Shown here: in pieces, positions 18,307 to 29,446 of the stretch
Layout of the letters: each line of letters begins with the position of its first letter
Numbering within the stretch: position 1 is the first letter of the stretch
Origin: Candidatus Latescibacterota bacterium
Lineage (GTDB): Bacteria > Latescibacterota > UBA2968 > UBA8231
DNA length: 64,000 bases
NCBI GenBank assembly: GCA_965242865.1
Contig: CBDETK010000013.1
Span: forward strand, 1,504,001 to 1,568,000
Reading direction: 5' to 3'
Notes under the pieces: generated by a model
Told to the model about the DNA's origin: nothing
Databases searched by the model: none
Seen by the model: only the letters and a program-made list of their open reading frames with translations
Made by a program: the position numbers and the translations under genes

Positions 18307-19245
18307 ATGAATACACTGCCCGATGTCATTCCCTTGACGCCCTATTACCGCGAGATGGTGTGGGGCGGACGCCGCTTAGCCGCGCTCTACGGCAAGGCCC
18401 TGCCCGAGGACGCGCTCATTGGCGAGTCCTTTGAGCTGTCCGCGTACGAGGGCCGCGAGAGTCGGGCGGCGGATGGTCGCTCGCTGCGTGCGTTGCTAAA
18501 AAAGCACCGCGCCGATTTGGTCGGGGCGGCCGTGTGGGCGCGCTACGGGGGACGCTTCCCCCTGCTGGTCAAGCTCCTCGACGCCCAGCAAGACCTCTCG
18601 ATCCAAGTGCATCCCAGCGACGAATACGCCCGGCGTCATGGGCTGGACGACAGCGGCAAGATGGAGGCTTGGTACGTGCTGCAATCAGACGGCGGCCGCG
18701 TGGCTTGCGGGCTGGCCGAGGGCGTGGGCCGTGCGGAGTTTGTCGCCGCTCGCGCCGCCAACCGCATCGCCGAGGTCGTGCGCTTTTACCCGGTCGCGCC
18801 GGGGGATGTGCTCTTTTTGCCGCCGGGCACGGTACACGCCCTGTGCCGAGGAGTCGTCCTGTACGAGGTTCAGCAAACGAGCGACCTGACCTTCCGCATT
18901 TACGACTACGGCCGGCCGCGTACCCTGCACTGGGAGCAGGCCCTAGCGGTCATTGACTTTGCCCAACGCCTGCCCGGGCCGGTGCCGCATCCCGTGCTGC
19001 AGGGCCAAGTGCTGGTCGAGTCCGAGCACTTTGTGTTGCGCGGCTGCGGCTTAGATGGCGGCCGGGCCGAGCATCGGGCGGGAGAGTCGTTTTTGTCGCT
19101 GACGGTCGTCCGCGGCCGGGCGCGCGTGGGCGAGTGCATCGTGGGCACGGGGGCGACCGCGCTGGTGCCGGCCGGGCGCGGGTGCGAGGTCGCGCCGCTG
19201 GGGCGCGAGCGGTTGGAGTACCTAATCGCTTCCGTACCCACTTAA
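18307..19245 (+). CDS. manA: Class I mannose-6-phosphate isomerase
   Basis: VWGG, IGES, FPLLVKLLDA, LSIQVHP, GK.EAWY, GTVHAL, EVQQTSD.TFRIYDYGR. Start moved to the in-frame ATG at 18307. Confidence 0.88.
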   Translation: MNTLPDVIPLTPYYREMVWGGRRLAALYGKALPEDALIGESFELSAYEGRESRAADGRSLRALLKKHRADLVGAAVWARYGGRFPLLVKLLDAQQDLSIQVHPSDEYARRHGLDDSGKMEAWYVLQSDGGRVACGLAEGVGRAEFVAARAANRIAEVVRFYPVAPGDVLFLPPGTVHALCRGVVLYEVQQTSDLTFRIYDYGRPRTLHWEQALAVIDFAQRLPGPVPHPVLQGQVLVESEHFVLRGCGLDGGRAEHRAGESFLSLTVVRGRARVGECIVGTGATALVPAGRGCEVAPLGRERLEYLIASVPT

Positions 19246-19310
19246 AGCCTTGCTGGAACGCCAGCCCGGATTATCGTAAAATCAACCCAACCCCAACAAA
19301 GGAGTGTATT

Positions 19311-20096
19311 GTGAATCTATTTTCGCTAGCGGGAAAAGTGGCCCTCGTCACCGGCGCCAGTCGCGGCATTGGTCGCGGCGTGGCGGCCGGCATGGCCGCG
19401 GCCGGTGCCACGGTCGTCTGCGCCGCTCGCACCCGCAGCCAGCTCGACGAAGCCGTCGCGGCCATTGAGGACGCCGGCGGTAAGGCCCGCGCGGTTGAGT
19501 TGGACATGGCCGATCTCGCGGGCATGGACGCAGCCTTGGCGCAATGCGGCCCCATCGACATCCTGTTCAACAACGCCGGCATGAACATCCGCCAGCCCAT
19601 CGTCGAGGTGTCGGAGGAAAACTACGACCAGATCATGGCCGTCAATCTCAAAGGCTTGTACTTCCTCAGCCAGAAGGTCGGCCGCCAGATGATCGAGCGC
19701 GGCCAAGGCGGCAAGATCATCAACATCGGCTCGCTGACCACGGGCTACGCTCTGGCCAAAGTGTCGGTGTACACCGCGACCAAGGGGGCTGTCGGCCAGC
19801 TCACCAAGGGGCAGGCCATTGAGTTCGGGCCGCACAACATCCAAGTCAACGCCATCTGCCCGGGCTTTGTGCTCACCTCGCTCACCGAGAAGCTGTGGGC
19901 CGACGACACCATGCGCGCTTGGGGCGAGGGACGGGTCGCGCTCAACCGCTTGGGAACGCCCGAAGACTTAGTCGGCACGGCCGTCTTCCTCGCCGCGCCC
20001 GCTTCGGATTACGTCACCGGGCAGTGCATTTACGTCGATGGCGGCTTCATGGCCGGCGACGAGTGGCCCTTACCGCCAGTGGCTGGTGGCAAGTAG
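19311..20096 (+). CDS. SDR oxidoreductase (gluconate 5-dehydrogenase/KduD-like)
   Basis: TGASRGIG, NNAG, YTATK. GTG start at 19311 behind AAGGAG. Confidence 0.85.
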   Translation: MNLFSLAGKVALVTGASRGIGRGVAAGMAAAGATVVCAARTRSQLDEAVAAIEDAGGKARAVELDMADLAGMDAALAQCGPIDILFNNAGMNIRQPIVEVSEENYDQIMAVNLKGLYFLSQKVGRQMIERGQGGKIINIGSLTTGYALAKVSVYTATKGAVGQLTKGQAIEFGPHNIQVNAICPGFVLTSLTEKLWADDTMRAWGEGRVALNRLGTPEDLVGTAVFLAAPASDYVTGQCIYVDGGFMAGDEWPLPPVAGGK

Positions 20097-20118
20097 TTGA
20101 CGCGCCCGCGCAGGGGCG

Positions 20119-20337
20119 GTAGGCCGCGGCCCCCGTGCCGTGTCGATTCCCGCGCAGGAACGTTGCGATAGCGTAGGCCGCGGCCCCCGTGCCGTGTTGA
20201 TCCCCGCGCAAGGGGGCGTTGCAATAGCGTAGGACACGGCCCCCGTGCCGTGTCGTTGATCCCCGCGCAGGAACGTTGCAATAGCGTAGGACACGGCCCC
20301 CGTGCCGTGTAATTGATCCCCGCGCAAAGGGACGTTA
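20119..20337 (+). repeat. Array of four GTAG-type REP-like units (54-57 bp period)
   Basis: GTAG-GACACGGC-CCCCGT-GCCGTGTC consensus starting at 20119, 20173, 20229 and 20286, with a conserved linker GATCCCCGCGCA...CGTTGCAATAGC. Confidence 0.85.
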
Positions 20338-20377
20338 TACACCACAAGGCGGCATAACCGCAGAAGGAGAAGAAACG

Positions 20378-21307
20378 ATGAACGAGGAACAGCGTGCGTT
20401 GACGGCACTGAAATCCGTCTCAGCGTTTTGCGCGGTCTTGCTGGCGGCTGGCGGCTGCGATGATTCCGCTTCGTCGCCCGTTGGCATCAGCAATGAGGCC
20501 GGGTATGAGATCCTCCGCCTGACCGACGCCAGTGACGACGACTGGGGGCCTGCGTGGTCGCCCGATGGGCGCTCCATCGCCTTCACCTCCAATCGCGATG
20601 GCAACACAGAGATTTACGTGATGGATGCATCCGGGGACAACGCCCGAAACCTAACCAATTACAATGGCAAGGACGGGCAGCCTTCGTGGTCGCCCGATAG
20701 TCGCTCCATCGCCTTCTACTCCGACCGCGATGAGGGCGACTATGAGGTTTACGTGATGGATGTCAATGGCGATAATGTGCGCCGCCTGACCGACAGCCAT
20801 GGCAGCGACTGGTTTCCCGCGTGGTCGCCGGATGGTCTTTCGATCGCCTTCACTTCCCTCCGCGTCATTGGTGCTAGGAAAATTTACGCGATGGATTTGT
20901 CGGGGGGCAATCTGCAAAAAGTGAGCGGCGACTATGGCAATGACTTGGAGCCTTCGTGGTCGCCGGATGGGCGTTTCATCGCCTTCAACTCTAGGGGCAC
21001 GGGCAACCATGAGATTCACGTGATGGATGCCAATGGAGACAACCGGCGCAACCTGACCAACGACAGTGGCACTGACGGGTCTCCTGCATGGTCGCCCGAC
21101 GGTCGTTTCATCGCCTTCAACTCCAATCGCGAGGGCGACGATGAGATTTACGTGATGGACGCCAATGGCGATAACGTGCGCCGCCTGACTTATCACAGCG
21201 GTGCTGACGGGCATCCTTCGTGGTCGCCCGACGGACGATCCATCGCTTTTAGCTCCGACCGCGAGGGCGACGATGAGATTTACGTGATAGAAGGATTTGG
21301 CGAATAG
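20378..21307 (+). CDS. TolB-like PD40-repeat beta-propeller lipoprotein
   Basis: Lipobox-like AGGC and six P.WSPD..IAF.S repeats with EIYVMD segments. Confidence 0.85.
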   Translation: MNEEQRALTALKSVSAFCAVLLAAGGCDDSASSPVGISNEAGYEILRLTDASDDDWGPAWSPDGRSIAFTSNRDGNTEIYVMDASGDNARNLTNYNGKDGQPSWSPDSRSIAFYSDRDEGDYEVYVMDVNGDNVRRLTDSHGSDWFPAWSPDGLSIAFTSLRVIGARKIYAMDLSGGNLQKVSGDYGNDLEPSWSPDGRFIAFNSRGTGNHEIHVMDANGDNRRNLTNDSGTDGSPAWSPDGRFIAFNSNREGDDEIYVMDANGDNVRRLTYHSGADGHPSWSPDGRSIAFSSDREGDDEIYVIEGFGE

Positions 21308-21371
21308 GCGGCGGCCTTATTAGTTTGCGCTATGTACGGCCATTTCCACCCCTAATGAGGAGTTAGCTCGC

Positions 21372-23327
<1,956 letters not shown>

Positions 23328-23432
23328 GCGAGGACCAAAGGCCGCCCCCGCCTTGCAAGGATCGAGGGCCTCTTGCCCTCGTCGAGGACGCAGCGGCAAC
23401 ACCAGAAAATGCGACTCAGTACTTAGGGCTGG

Positions 23433-25451
23433 ATGACAAAGGACCGCTGCTACCTCGGACCGCCTCAAGACAGCGAGTGGCTGGAGACCAATGGCTTGGG
23501 CGGCTGGGCCTCTTCCACGGTCCGCGGCGCACACACCCGACGCTACCACGGCCTCTTAATCGTGGCGACCAGTCCGCCGGTCGGGCGGGTGGTGCTGCTC
23601 TCGCGGCTCGACGAGACCTTGGTCCTGCCTGCGGCCCACGTCGAGCTAGGTTGCAGCATTTTCCCCGGGGTCATTCATCCCCGAGGCGACCAATGGCTGA
23701 CGGCCTTTGCGACCGACCCGGTGCCGACGTGGACGTACGCGGGGGCCGGGTGGGTGTTGCACAAGCGGCTGGCGTTGCTCGCTGGCGAGCACACTTTGGT
23801 CGTTGCGTACGAGCTCGTGAGCGCACCTAAGCCGCTTTGTTTGGAATTGCGCCCCTTTTTCGCTGGCCGGGACTATCACCACTTGATGCAGGCCAACGAG
23901 CACGTTGCCCCAGCGGGCGATTGGGCGGAGGACGCGCTGGTCTATCGCCCCTATCCCGAGCAGCCCACCGCCCACCTGCTCGCCCCGGGCGCGTGTTGGG
24001 AGGCCGCTCCAGACTGGTACTACCACTTCCAATATCCGCGCGAGCAAGAGCGCGGCCTCGACCACAGCGAGGACCTGTTCACGCCCGGTCGCCTGCGCCT
24101 GCGGCTCGCCCCAGGGGCCGCCGTTGGCGTGCTGGCGACCACCGATCCTGCCGCTGGCCGCGACCCCCTCGCGCTGCTCGCCAGCGAGATCGGCCGCCGT
24201 CAGCGGGTGGCGGTGCGCGCGCCTTGGGGTGCCGATCCATTGCTGGGGTCGCTGGCGCGGGCGGCCCATTCGTTTGTGGTGCGGCGCGGCGATGGCCTGC
24301 ACACCATTGTCGCGGGTTATCACTGGTTCACGGATTGGGGCCGCGACACCATGATTGCCCTGCCCGGCCTCTGCTTGGTCACCGGCCGCTTTGCCGAGGC
24401 ACGGGGCATTTTCGCGGCGTTTGCCGCACACGTCAGCGAGGGCATGATCCCCAACCGCTTTCCCGACGCGGGCGCGCTGCCAGAATACCACGCTGTTGAC
24501 GCGACGTTGTGGTTTTTTGTCGCGCTCTACAAGTATTTGCAATACACCCAAGACTACGAGTTTGCCCACGCGCTATGGCCAACGCTCGAGGACATCGCCG
24601 CTTGGCATGTGCGCGGTACGCGCCATCGGATTCGGGTGGATGCCGATGGCCTGCTCGCGGCCGGCGAACCGGGGGTGCAACTGACGTGGATGGACGCCAA
24701 GGTCGGCGATTGGGTGGTCACGCCGCGCATGGGCAAGCCCGTGGAGGTCAATGCCCTCTGGTACAATGCGCTCAGCATTTTGCAGCATTTGGCCGAGACG
24801 TTTGGTCAACGCGCCGATTACGGCCAACGCGCGGCCGAGGTGCGTGCGGCCTTTGAACGTCTCTTCTGGAGCGAAGACCGCGGGTATCTCTGCGACGTGG
24901 TCGCGCCCGAGGGGCCGGACTGGGCGATTCGCCCCAACCAAGTGTTCGCGCTCTCGCTGCCCTTTCCGCTGGTCGAGGGCGAGCGGGCGCGGCGGGTCTT
25001 ATCCGCGATCGACCAACACTTGCTGACCCCGCGCGGCCTGCGCAGCCTCTCGCCGAGCGACCCGGCGTACTGCGCCCGGTATGCGGGCGGCCCTTGGGAG
25101 CGCGACCGTGCGTATCATCAGGGCACGGTGTGGGCCTGGCTCATCGGTCCGTACATCACCGCCCTCTGTCGTTGTCATGGCCGTGCGGGCCGCCAGCGCG
25201 GTCGCGCCCTCCTCGACGGCTTTGCGGTGCACCTGCACGAGGCGGGTTTGGGCACGGTTTCGGAGATATTCGACGCCGAGCCGCCGTTTGCGCCGCACGG
25301 CTGCATCGCTCAGGCGTGGAGCGTGGCCGAGCTATTGCGGGCTGGGGTGGAGGATGTGGGCGGAAAGCCGCGAAATCGGTTGATCTGGACGACGCATTTG
25401 CATCGGCCTATACCTGACGAAGGGCCTGACTGGCCGCATTCAGACCGTTGA
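23433..25451 (+). CDS. Amylo-alpha-1,6-glucosidase (glycogen debranching enzyme, archaeal-type)
   Basis: EWLETNGLGG, RRYHGLL, AGYHWFTDWGRDTMI, LTWMDAK, GKPVEVNALW, YHQGTVW, QAWSVAE. Confidence 0.9.
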   Translation: MTKDRCYLGPPQDSEWLETNGLGGWASSTVRGAHTRRYHGLLIVATSPPVGRVVLLSRLDETLVLPAAHVELGCSIFPGVIHPRGDQWLTAFATDPVPTWTYAGAGWVLHKRLALLAGEHTLVVAYELVSAPKPLCLELRPFFAGRDYHHLMQANEHVAPAGDWAEDALVYRPYPEQPTAHLLAPGACWEAAPDWYYHFQYPREQERGLDHSEDLFTPGRLRLRLAPGAAVGVLATTDPAAGRDPLALLASEIGRRQRVAVRAPWGADPLLGSLARAAHSFVVRRGDGLHTIVAGYHWFTDWGRDTMIALPGLCLVTGRFAEARGIFAAFAAHVSEGMIPNRFPDAGALPEYHAVDATLWFFVALYKYLQYTQDYEFAHALWPTLEDIAAWHVRGTRHRIRVDADGLLAAGEPGVQLTWMDAKVGDWVVTPRMGKPVEVNALWYNALSILQHLAETFGQRADYGQRAAEVRAAFERLFWSEDRGYLCDVVAPEGPDWAIRPNQVFALSLPFPLVEGERARRVLSAIDQHLLTPRGLRSLSPSDPAYCARYAGGPWERDRAYHQGTVWAWLIGPYITALCRCHGRAGRQRGRALLDGFAVHLHEAGLGTVSEIFDAEPPFAPHGCIAQAWSVAELLRAGVEDVGGKPRNRLIWTTHLHRPIPDEGPDWPHSDR

Positions 25452-25519
25452 TGATCCAGCGTTGACCCCGGGGTGGTCAACTGCTAGGTGGGCGGCCGCA
25501 ACGATTCGATTAGATGCCA

Positions 25520-25548
25520 TTGCGTACCGGTCCTATCGGTAGTATATT
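25520..25548 (+). promoter_or_regulatory. Candidate sigma70 promoter of the protease-TIR cassette
   Basis: TTGCGT-N17-TATATT. Confidence 0.45.
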
Positions 25549-25615
25549 GTTCGCTAGGCGTACTCATCAATAAGCTATGGCATGAAGGTTTTCAGATAGA
25601 TTCAGGGGAATCGCT

Positions 25616-26422
25616 ATGGCACTTATTCCACCCAAATATCTAAACGCAGTTGTTGCTTTAGGTATCCCAAAAGAAGGAAATGAGGTTCAGTATATAGCAA
25701 CAGGTTTTCTGTATGGTCATCCGTTAAGAAAAAGGGCACACGATAGAGAGCAGAATTTCAGAGTCTTCTTAGTAACAAACCGCCACGTAATTGAAGGTTC
25801 TGATGTCATAGTGGCTCGCTTTAATCGCCCCCTAAATAGTCCTTCACAGATATTCTCTATAGAATCAAAGGCAGAGGATGGCTCACCACGGTGGACTACA
25901 CATCCCGGAGATGCTGATGTAGCAGTTATACCGATCCCTATAGAAATATTAGAGCAATATAGGATTGAGGTTGAAGTTTTCCGAGGAAATGAAGAGGCAA
26001 TTTCACGGGAAGAAGCACGCCAGCGAATCAGTGAAGGCGATGGGGTTTTTGTCCTCGGCTTTCCAATGGGTTTGGCTGGAGAGGAACGAAATTACACAAT
26101 CGTTCGTCACGGTACTATAGCACGTATTCAAGATTGGTTTCAGGGAAACCCAGATATACTGATTGATTCTTTTATATTTCCGGGCAACAGTGGAGGACCA
26201 GTAGTAACCAAACCAGAGCAAATCCGTATCACTAATACACAGTCTATTATGAGAGCGCTACTGATCGGAATGGTTTCTTCTTATATCCCTTATGAAGAGG
26301 TTGCTATAAGCGAGCAAACGGGTCAAAGGAGAATGGTTTTCCAAGAGAATTCGGGCTTGGCAGTGGTAGTTCCTATTGATGTAATTCAAGAAACTGTCGA
26401 TCATGCGCTAGCCAAATTCTGA
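25616..26422 (+). CDS. Cytoplasmic trypsin-like (S1) serine protease
   Basis: ATGF, VTNRHV (His), DADVAV (Asp), LGFP, FPGNSGGP (Ser). No signal peptide or PDZ domain. AT-rich. Confidence 0.85.
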   Translation: MALIPPKYLNAVVALGIPKEGNEVQYIATGFLYGHPLRKRAHDREQNFRVFLVTNRHVIEGSDVIVARFNRPLNSPSQIFSIESKAEDGSPRWTTHPGDADVAVIPIPIEILEQYRIEVEVFRGNEEAISREEARQRISEGDGVFVLGFPMGLAGEERNYTIVRHGTIARIQDWFQGNPDILIDSFIFPGNSGGPVVTKPEQIRITNTQSIMRALLIGMVSSYIPYEEVAISEQTGQRRMVFQENSGLAVVVPIDVIQETVDHALAKF

Positions 26423-26471
26423 AAAATAATCAATCGGATACTACAACCTCAGTATATAGGAGGACTAGACA

Positions 26472-26861
26472 ATGAGCACAAAACGCGCCTTCATCAGTTT
26501 CGACTTCGACCACGACGCAGAGCTACGCGATGCCTTAGTGGGTCAAGCGAAAAATCCTGATTCGCCATTCGAGATTGTAGATTATTCCGTGCAGGAACCA
26601 TTCGCCGAAAAATGGAAGAATGAGGTGAGAGAACGCATACGCAAGACAGACCTTACCATTGTCATTTGCGGCGAACATACCCACGATGCAAAGGGTGTGG
26701 CTGCTGAGCTAACCATCACCCAAGAAGAACAGAAGCCATATTTTTTGCTATGGGGACGCCCCAAGAAGGTATGTCATAAACCTGCCATGGCGCATCGTTC
26801 AGACAAAGTTTACGAGTGGACGTGGAGTAATCTGAAGCAATTGATCGCGGGAGAGCGGTAG
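26472..26861 (+). CDS. Stand-alone TIR-like protein (MTH538/DUF1863, ThsB-like)
   Basis: AFISFDFDHD, D.SV.EP, RI..TD.TIVICGEHT, GVAAEL (catalytic Glu position), KP, W. Strong AGGAGG RBS. Confidence 0.8.
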   Translation: MSTKRAFISFDFDHDAELRDALVGQAKNPDSPFEIVDYSVQEPFAEKWKNEVRERIRKTDLTIVICGEHTHDAKGVAAELTITQEEQKPYFLLWGRPKKVCHKPAMAHRSDKVYEWTWSNLKQLIAGER

Positions 26862-26869
26862 CCGAGCCC

Positions 26870-26898
26870 TTGACAGATTCCAATGCGGCCCTTTTAAT
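26870..26898 (+). promoter_or_regulatory. Sigma70 promoter of the B12 operon
   Basis: TTGACA-N17-TTTAAT immediately before the riboswitch. Confidence 0.65.
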
Positions 26899-26916
26899 AG
26901 CTCCAGCAAACAACGG

Positions 26917-27098
26917 CGCAGGTGTCCGCTGCCGAGGGCAGCGGGAGAATAGGGAAGGCAGTGCAAATCTGCCGCGGTCCCGCCACTGTGACCGGTTGAC
27001 GGCCCACCGGCCGTCGCGTCCCCGGCATCAGCCACTGATCATTTAGATCGGGAAGGAGCCGGGCGGCACATAACCGGAAGTCAGGAGACCTGCCTGCG
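26917..27098 (+). ncRNA. Cobalamin riboswitch
   Basis: CGCAGGT...AATAGGGAAGGCAGTGCAAATCTGCC, CCCGCCACTGT, GCCACTG...GGGAAG and the B12 box AGTCAGGAGACCTGCC closing with CCTGCG. Upstream of a TonB receptor and a cobalamin adenosyltransferase. Confidence 0.93.
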
Positions 27099-27141
27099 AC
27101 CGAGGTGAACGACACCCTTCGGTAGAAAGGTTGGTCCACCG

Positions 27142-29400
27142 GTGCCCAGCACGAGCACCCCGACCCGCTCTTATTCGAGGGCGGGCTTTTTTATTGTCTC
27201 CCTCTTACTGGCCCTGCATCCCGCAGCGAGCTGGGCCGGCTCCCTACAGGGCCGGTTGCTCGACTCAGACGCGGGCCGCCCGGTGGCCGGTGCGGCATTG
27301 ACCCTGAGTGCCGCATCCGGCGCAGTCCATGTCGTCCGCAGCGATGCGACCGGCGCCTTCCAGCTCGAAAATCTGTCGATCGGCACTTGGGATTTGCGCG
27401 TGGAACGGCTGGGCTACCGGCCCCTGCAAGGCCCCATCGAAATCGGCGCGGCCCCCACTTGGGTCGAGTTGCACCTGCACGCCCTGCCCATGCTCATAGA
27501 CGAGTTGGTGGTCCGCGCCCGCCGCGACCCCGCGGGCAAGCACATTGCCGCCTTCGTCGAAACCATCGACTTGAGCGGCCCGCAAGCCCCCAGCGTGGAT
27601 CTAGCGCAGATTCTCGACCGAGCGACCGGCGTCAACGTCCGCCGCTACGGCGGGTTGGGCAGTTTTAGCACCCTTTCCATTCGCGGGTCCACGGCCGAAC
27701 AGGTGCAGGTTTTTCTCGATGGGGTGCCGCTCAACTCGGCGGTGGGCGGTGGCGTGGATCTGGGGGGGTTGCCCATCGGCGGCGTCGAAAGCGTCGATGT
27801 ATATCGGGGAGCGGTGCCGGCGCGCTTTGGTGGCAACAGCATCGGCGGCGTGGTCCACATCCGCACGCAGCCCCTCGGGGGCGAGCTCCGCACGCGCTTG
27901 CACACGGCCTCCGGTTCGCACGGCACCCGCCAACTGGGCGCTTCGCTCAGCGGCCCTTATAGGGGTTGGGAGTACTTGGGCTTGGTCAACTACCGGGCCA
28001 ACCGCAACGACTTCCGCTTTTGGGACGACAACGGCACCGAGTACAACGCCCAAGACGACGGCTGGGCGCGGCGGCTCAACAGCGATTTTCGCGGCGTGCG
28101 CGGCTTGGCCAAAATCGGGCGCACCTTGGGGGCCAGCCGCTTGCAGATTCACAATACCTTTGACCTGAGCTACAAAGGCATCCCCGGCCTCGGCAACAAC
28201 CAGTCCCGGCACACTCGCTACGATACTTGGCGTCACATCGCCGAAGCGGCGCTCTTCGGCCCGCTGGGGCTTGACCGCGCTGGGTATCGGCTCAAAGCCC
28301 ACTTCTCGCACGAAAAAGACGAGTACCGGGACCGGCACGGCGAAGTGGGCTTGGGCCGCCAGCACGACCGCAACGTCACCGAGAGCGTGGGCTTGCGCGG
28401 CGAAGCGAATGCCCTGCTGCCCGGCCAGTCCCTGCTCACCGCCTTTGTCGCGGCCCGGCGCGAAGCCTTCGCGCCCGACGACTTGCTCCGGCCCGCCAGC
28501 CGGCTCTTGCGCAGCCGCCGCCAAGCGTTGGCCATCGGCACCGAGGTGGCGGTGCCGTTGGGACCGCGCTTGACCGTCAATGCCGGGGCGCAGGCAGAAA
28601 GGCGCGCCGACCGCTTTTTTGATCGGAAAGATTTTGCGCCGAGCGCGGCGTTGCCGAGCCGAGACAACGGCGCAATCCTGTGGGGCTATCGCGTCGGCGC
28701 GACCTTGGACTTGGGCGCGGGCTGGGCCTTCAAGGGCCACAACGGCCGCTATCAGCGCGCGCCGAATTTCTTTGAACTCTTCGGCGACCGGGGCGCGGTG
28801 ATCGGCAATACCGACCTCGCCAGCGAAGAAGGGCACCACTGGGATTGGGGCGTGGTGTTCCGCGGCTCGGCCGATGGAGCGGGGCTGGCCTTGGCCGAGG
28901 TCGCGTACTACCGCAAGCGCGTCGATGATCTCATTCGCTTTGTGCAAAACTCGCAACGGGTGTCGCGGCCCCACAACTTGGGTCGCGCCCTGCTGCGCGG
29001 CGTGGAGACGCGGGTCGAGGCGCGGTTGTTGCGGCTGGTGCTGCGCGGCAATTACGCGTACCAGCGCGCTGAAAACCGCACCCCGTTCTCTTTTGAACGG
29101 GGCAACGACCTGCCCAACGCGCCGCGCCATCGGCTCTATATGCGCGTCTCCCTCGACCTAGCACGTGCGGAGCTCTACGGCGAATTCAGCCGCGAGAGCC
29201 GGCATTTCCTCGACCGGGCCAATCTGCGCCCCGTGCCCGTCCGCGCCCTCTACCATGTCGGCGGCCGGGTGCCGCTCGTCGCAGCCTGCTCCTTGGCTTG
29301 GGAGCTGCGCAACCTGACCGACAATCAAGTAGCCGATCTGTGGGGCTACCCCCTGCCGGGCCGCTCCTACGGGCTTTCCGTGCATTATGCTACGCACTAA
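27142..29400 (+). CDS. btuB: TonB-dependent receptor, BtuB-like, with N-terminal carboxypeptidase-regulatory-like domain
   Basis: Signal peptide, plug motifs SIRGS...V.LDGVPLN and V.VYRG, GN.DL..E, C-terminal PGRSY. Directly behind a B12 riboswitch. Start codon uncertain. Confidence 0.8.
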   Translation: MPSTSTPTRSYSRAGFFIVSLLLALHPAASWAGSLQGRLLDSDAGRPVAGAALTLSAASGAVHVVRSDATGAFQLENLSIGTWDLRVERLGYRPLQGPIEIGAAPTWVELHLHALPMLIDELVVRARRDPAGKHIAAFVETIDLSGPQAPSVDLAQILDRATGVNVRRYGGLGSFSTLSIRGSTAEQVQVFLDGVPLNSAVGGGVDLGGLPIGGVESVDVYRGAVPARFGGNSIGGVVHIRTQPLGGELRTRLHTASGSHGTRQLGASLSGPYRGWEYLGLVNYRANRNDFRFWDDNGTEYNAQDDGWARRLNSDFRGVRGLAKIGRTLGASRLQIHNTFDLSYKGIPGLGNNQSRHTRYDTWRHIAEAALFGPLGLDRAGYRLKAHFSHEKDEYRDRHGEVGLGRQHDRNVTESVGLRGEANALLPGQSLLTAFVAARREAFAPDDLLRPASRLLRSRRQALAIGTEVAVPLGPRLTVNAGAQAERRADRFFDRKDFAPSAALPSRDNGAILWGYRVGATLDLGAGWAFKGHNGRYQRAPNFFELFGDRGAVIGNTDLASEEGHHWDWGVVFRGSADGAGLALAEVAYYRKRVDDLIRFVQNSQRVSRPHNLGRALLRGVETRVEARLLRLVLRGNYAYQRAENRTPFSFERGNDLPNAPRHRLYMRVSLDLARAELYGEFSRESRHFLDRANLRPVPVRALYHVGGRVPLVAACSLAWELRNLTDNQVADLWGYPLPGRSYGLSVHYATH
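27164..27192 (+). terminator. Intrinsic terminator/attenuator of the riboswitch
   Basis: CCCGCTCTT-ATTC-GAGGGCGGG stem followed by CTTTTTT. Confidence 0.7.
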
Positions 29401-29446
29401 GCCTGCAAGGGATGTCCCTAACCATTAACCGCTTAGGAGGATTTTC

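Noticed and set aside
20119-20337. Possible CRISPR array
   Set aside because: The linkers between palindromes are near-identical rather than unique spacers, there is no leader or cas gene, and the GTAG plus hairpin layout fits REPs.
20510-21290. Long DNA repeats of about 132 bp suggesting a DGR template/variable pair
   Set aside because: They are PD40 blades of one protein. Differences are not adenine-specific and no reverse transcriptase is present.
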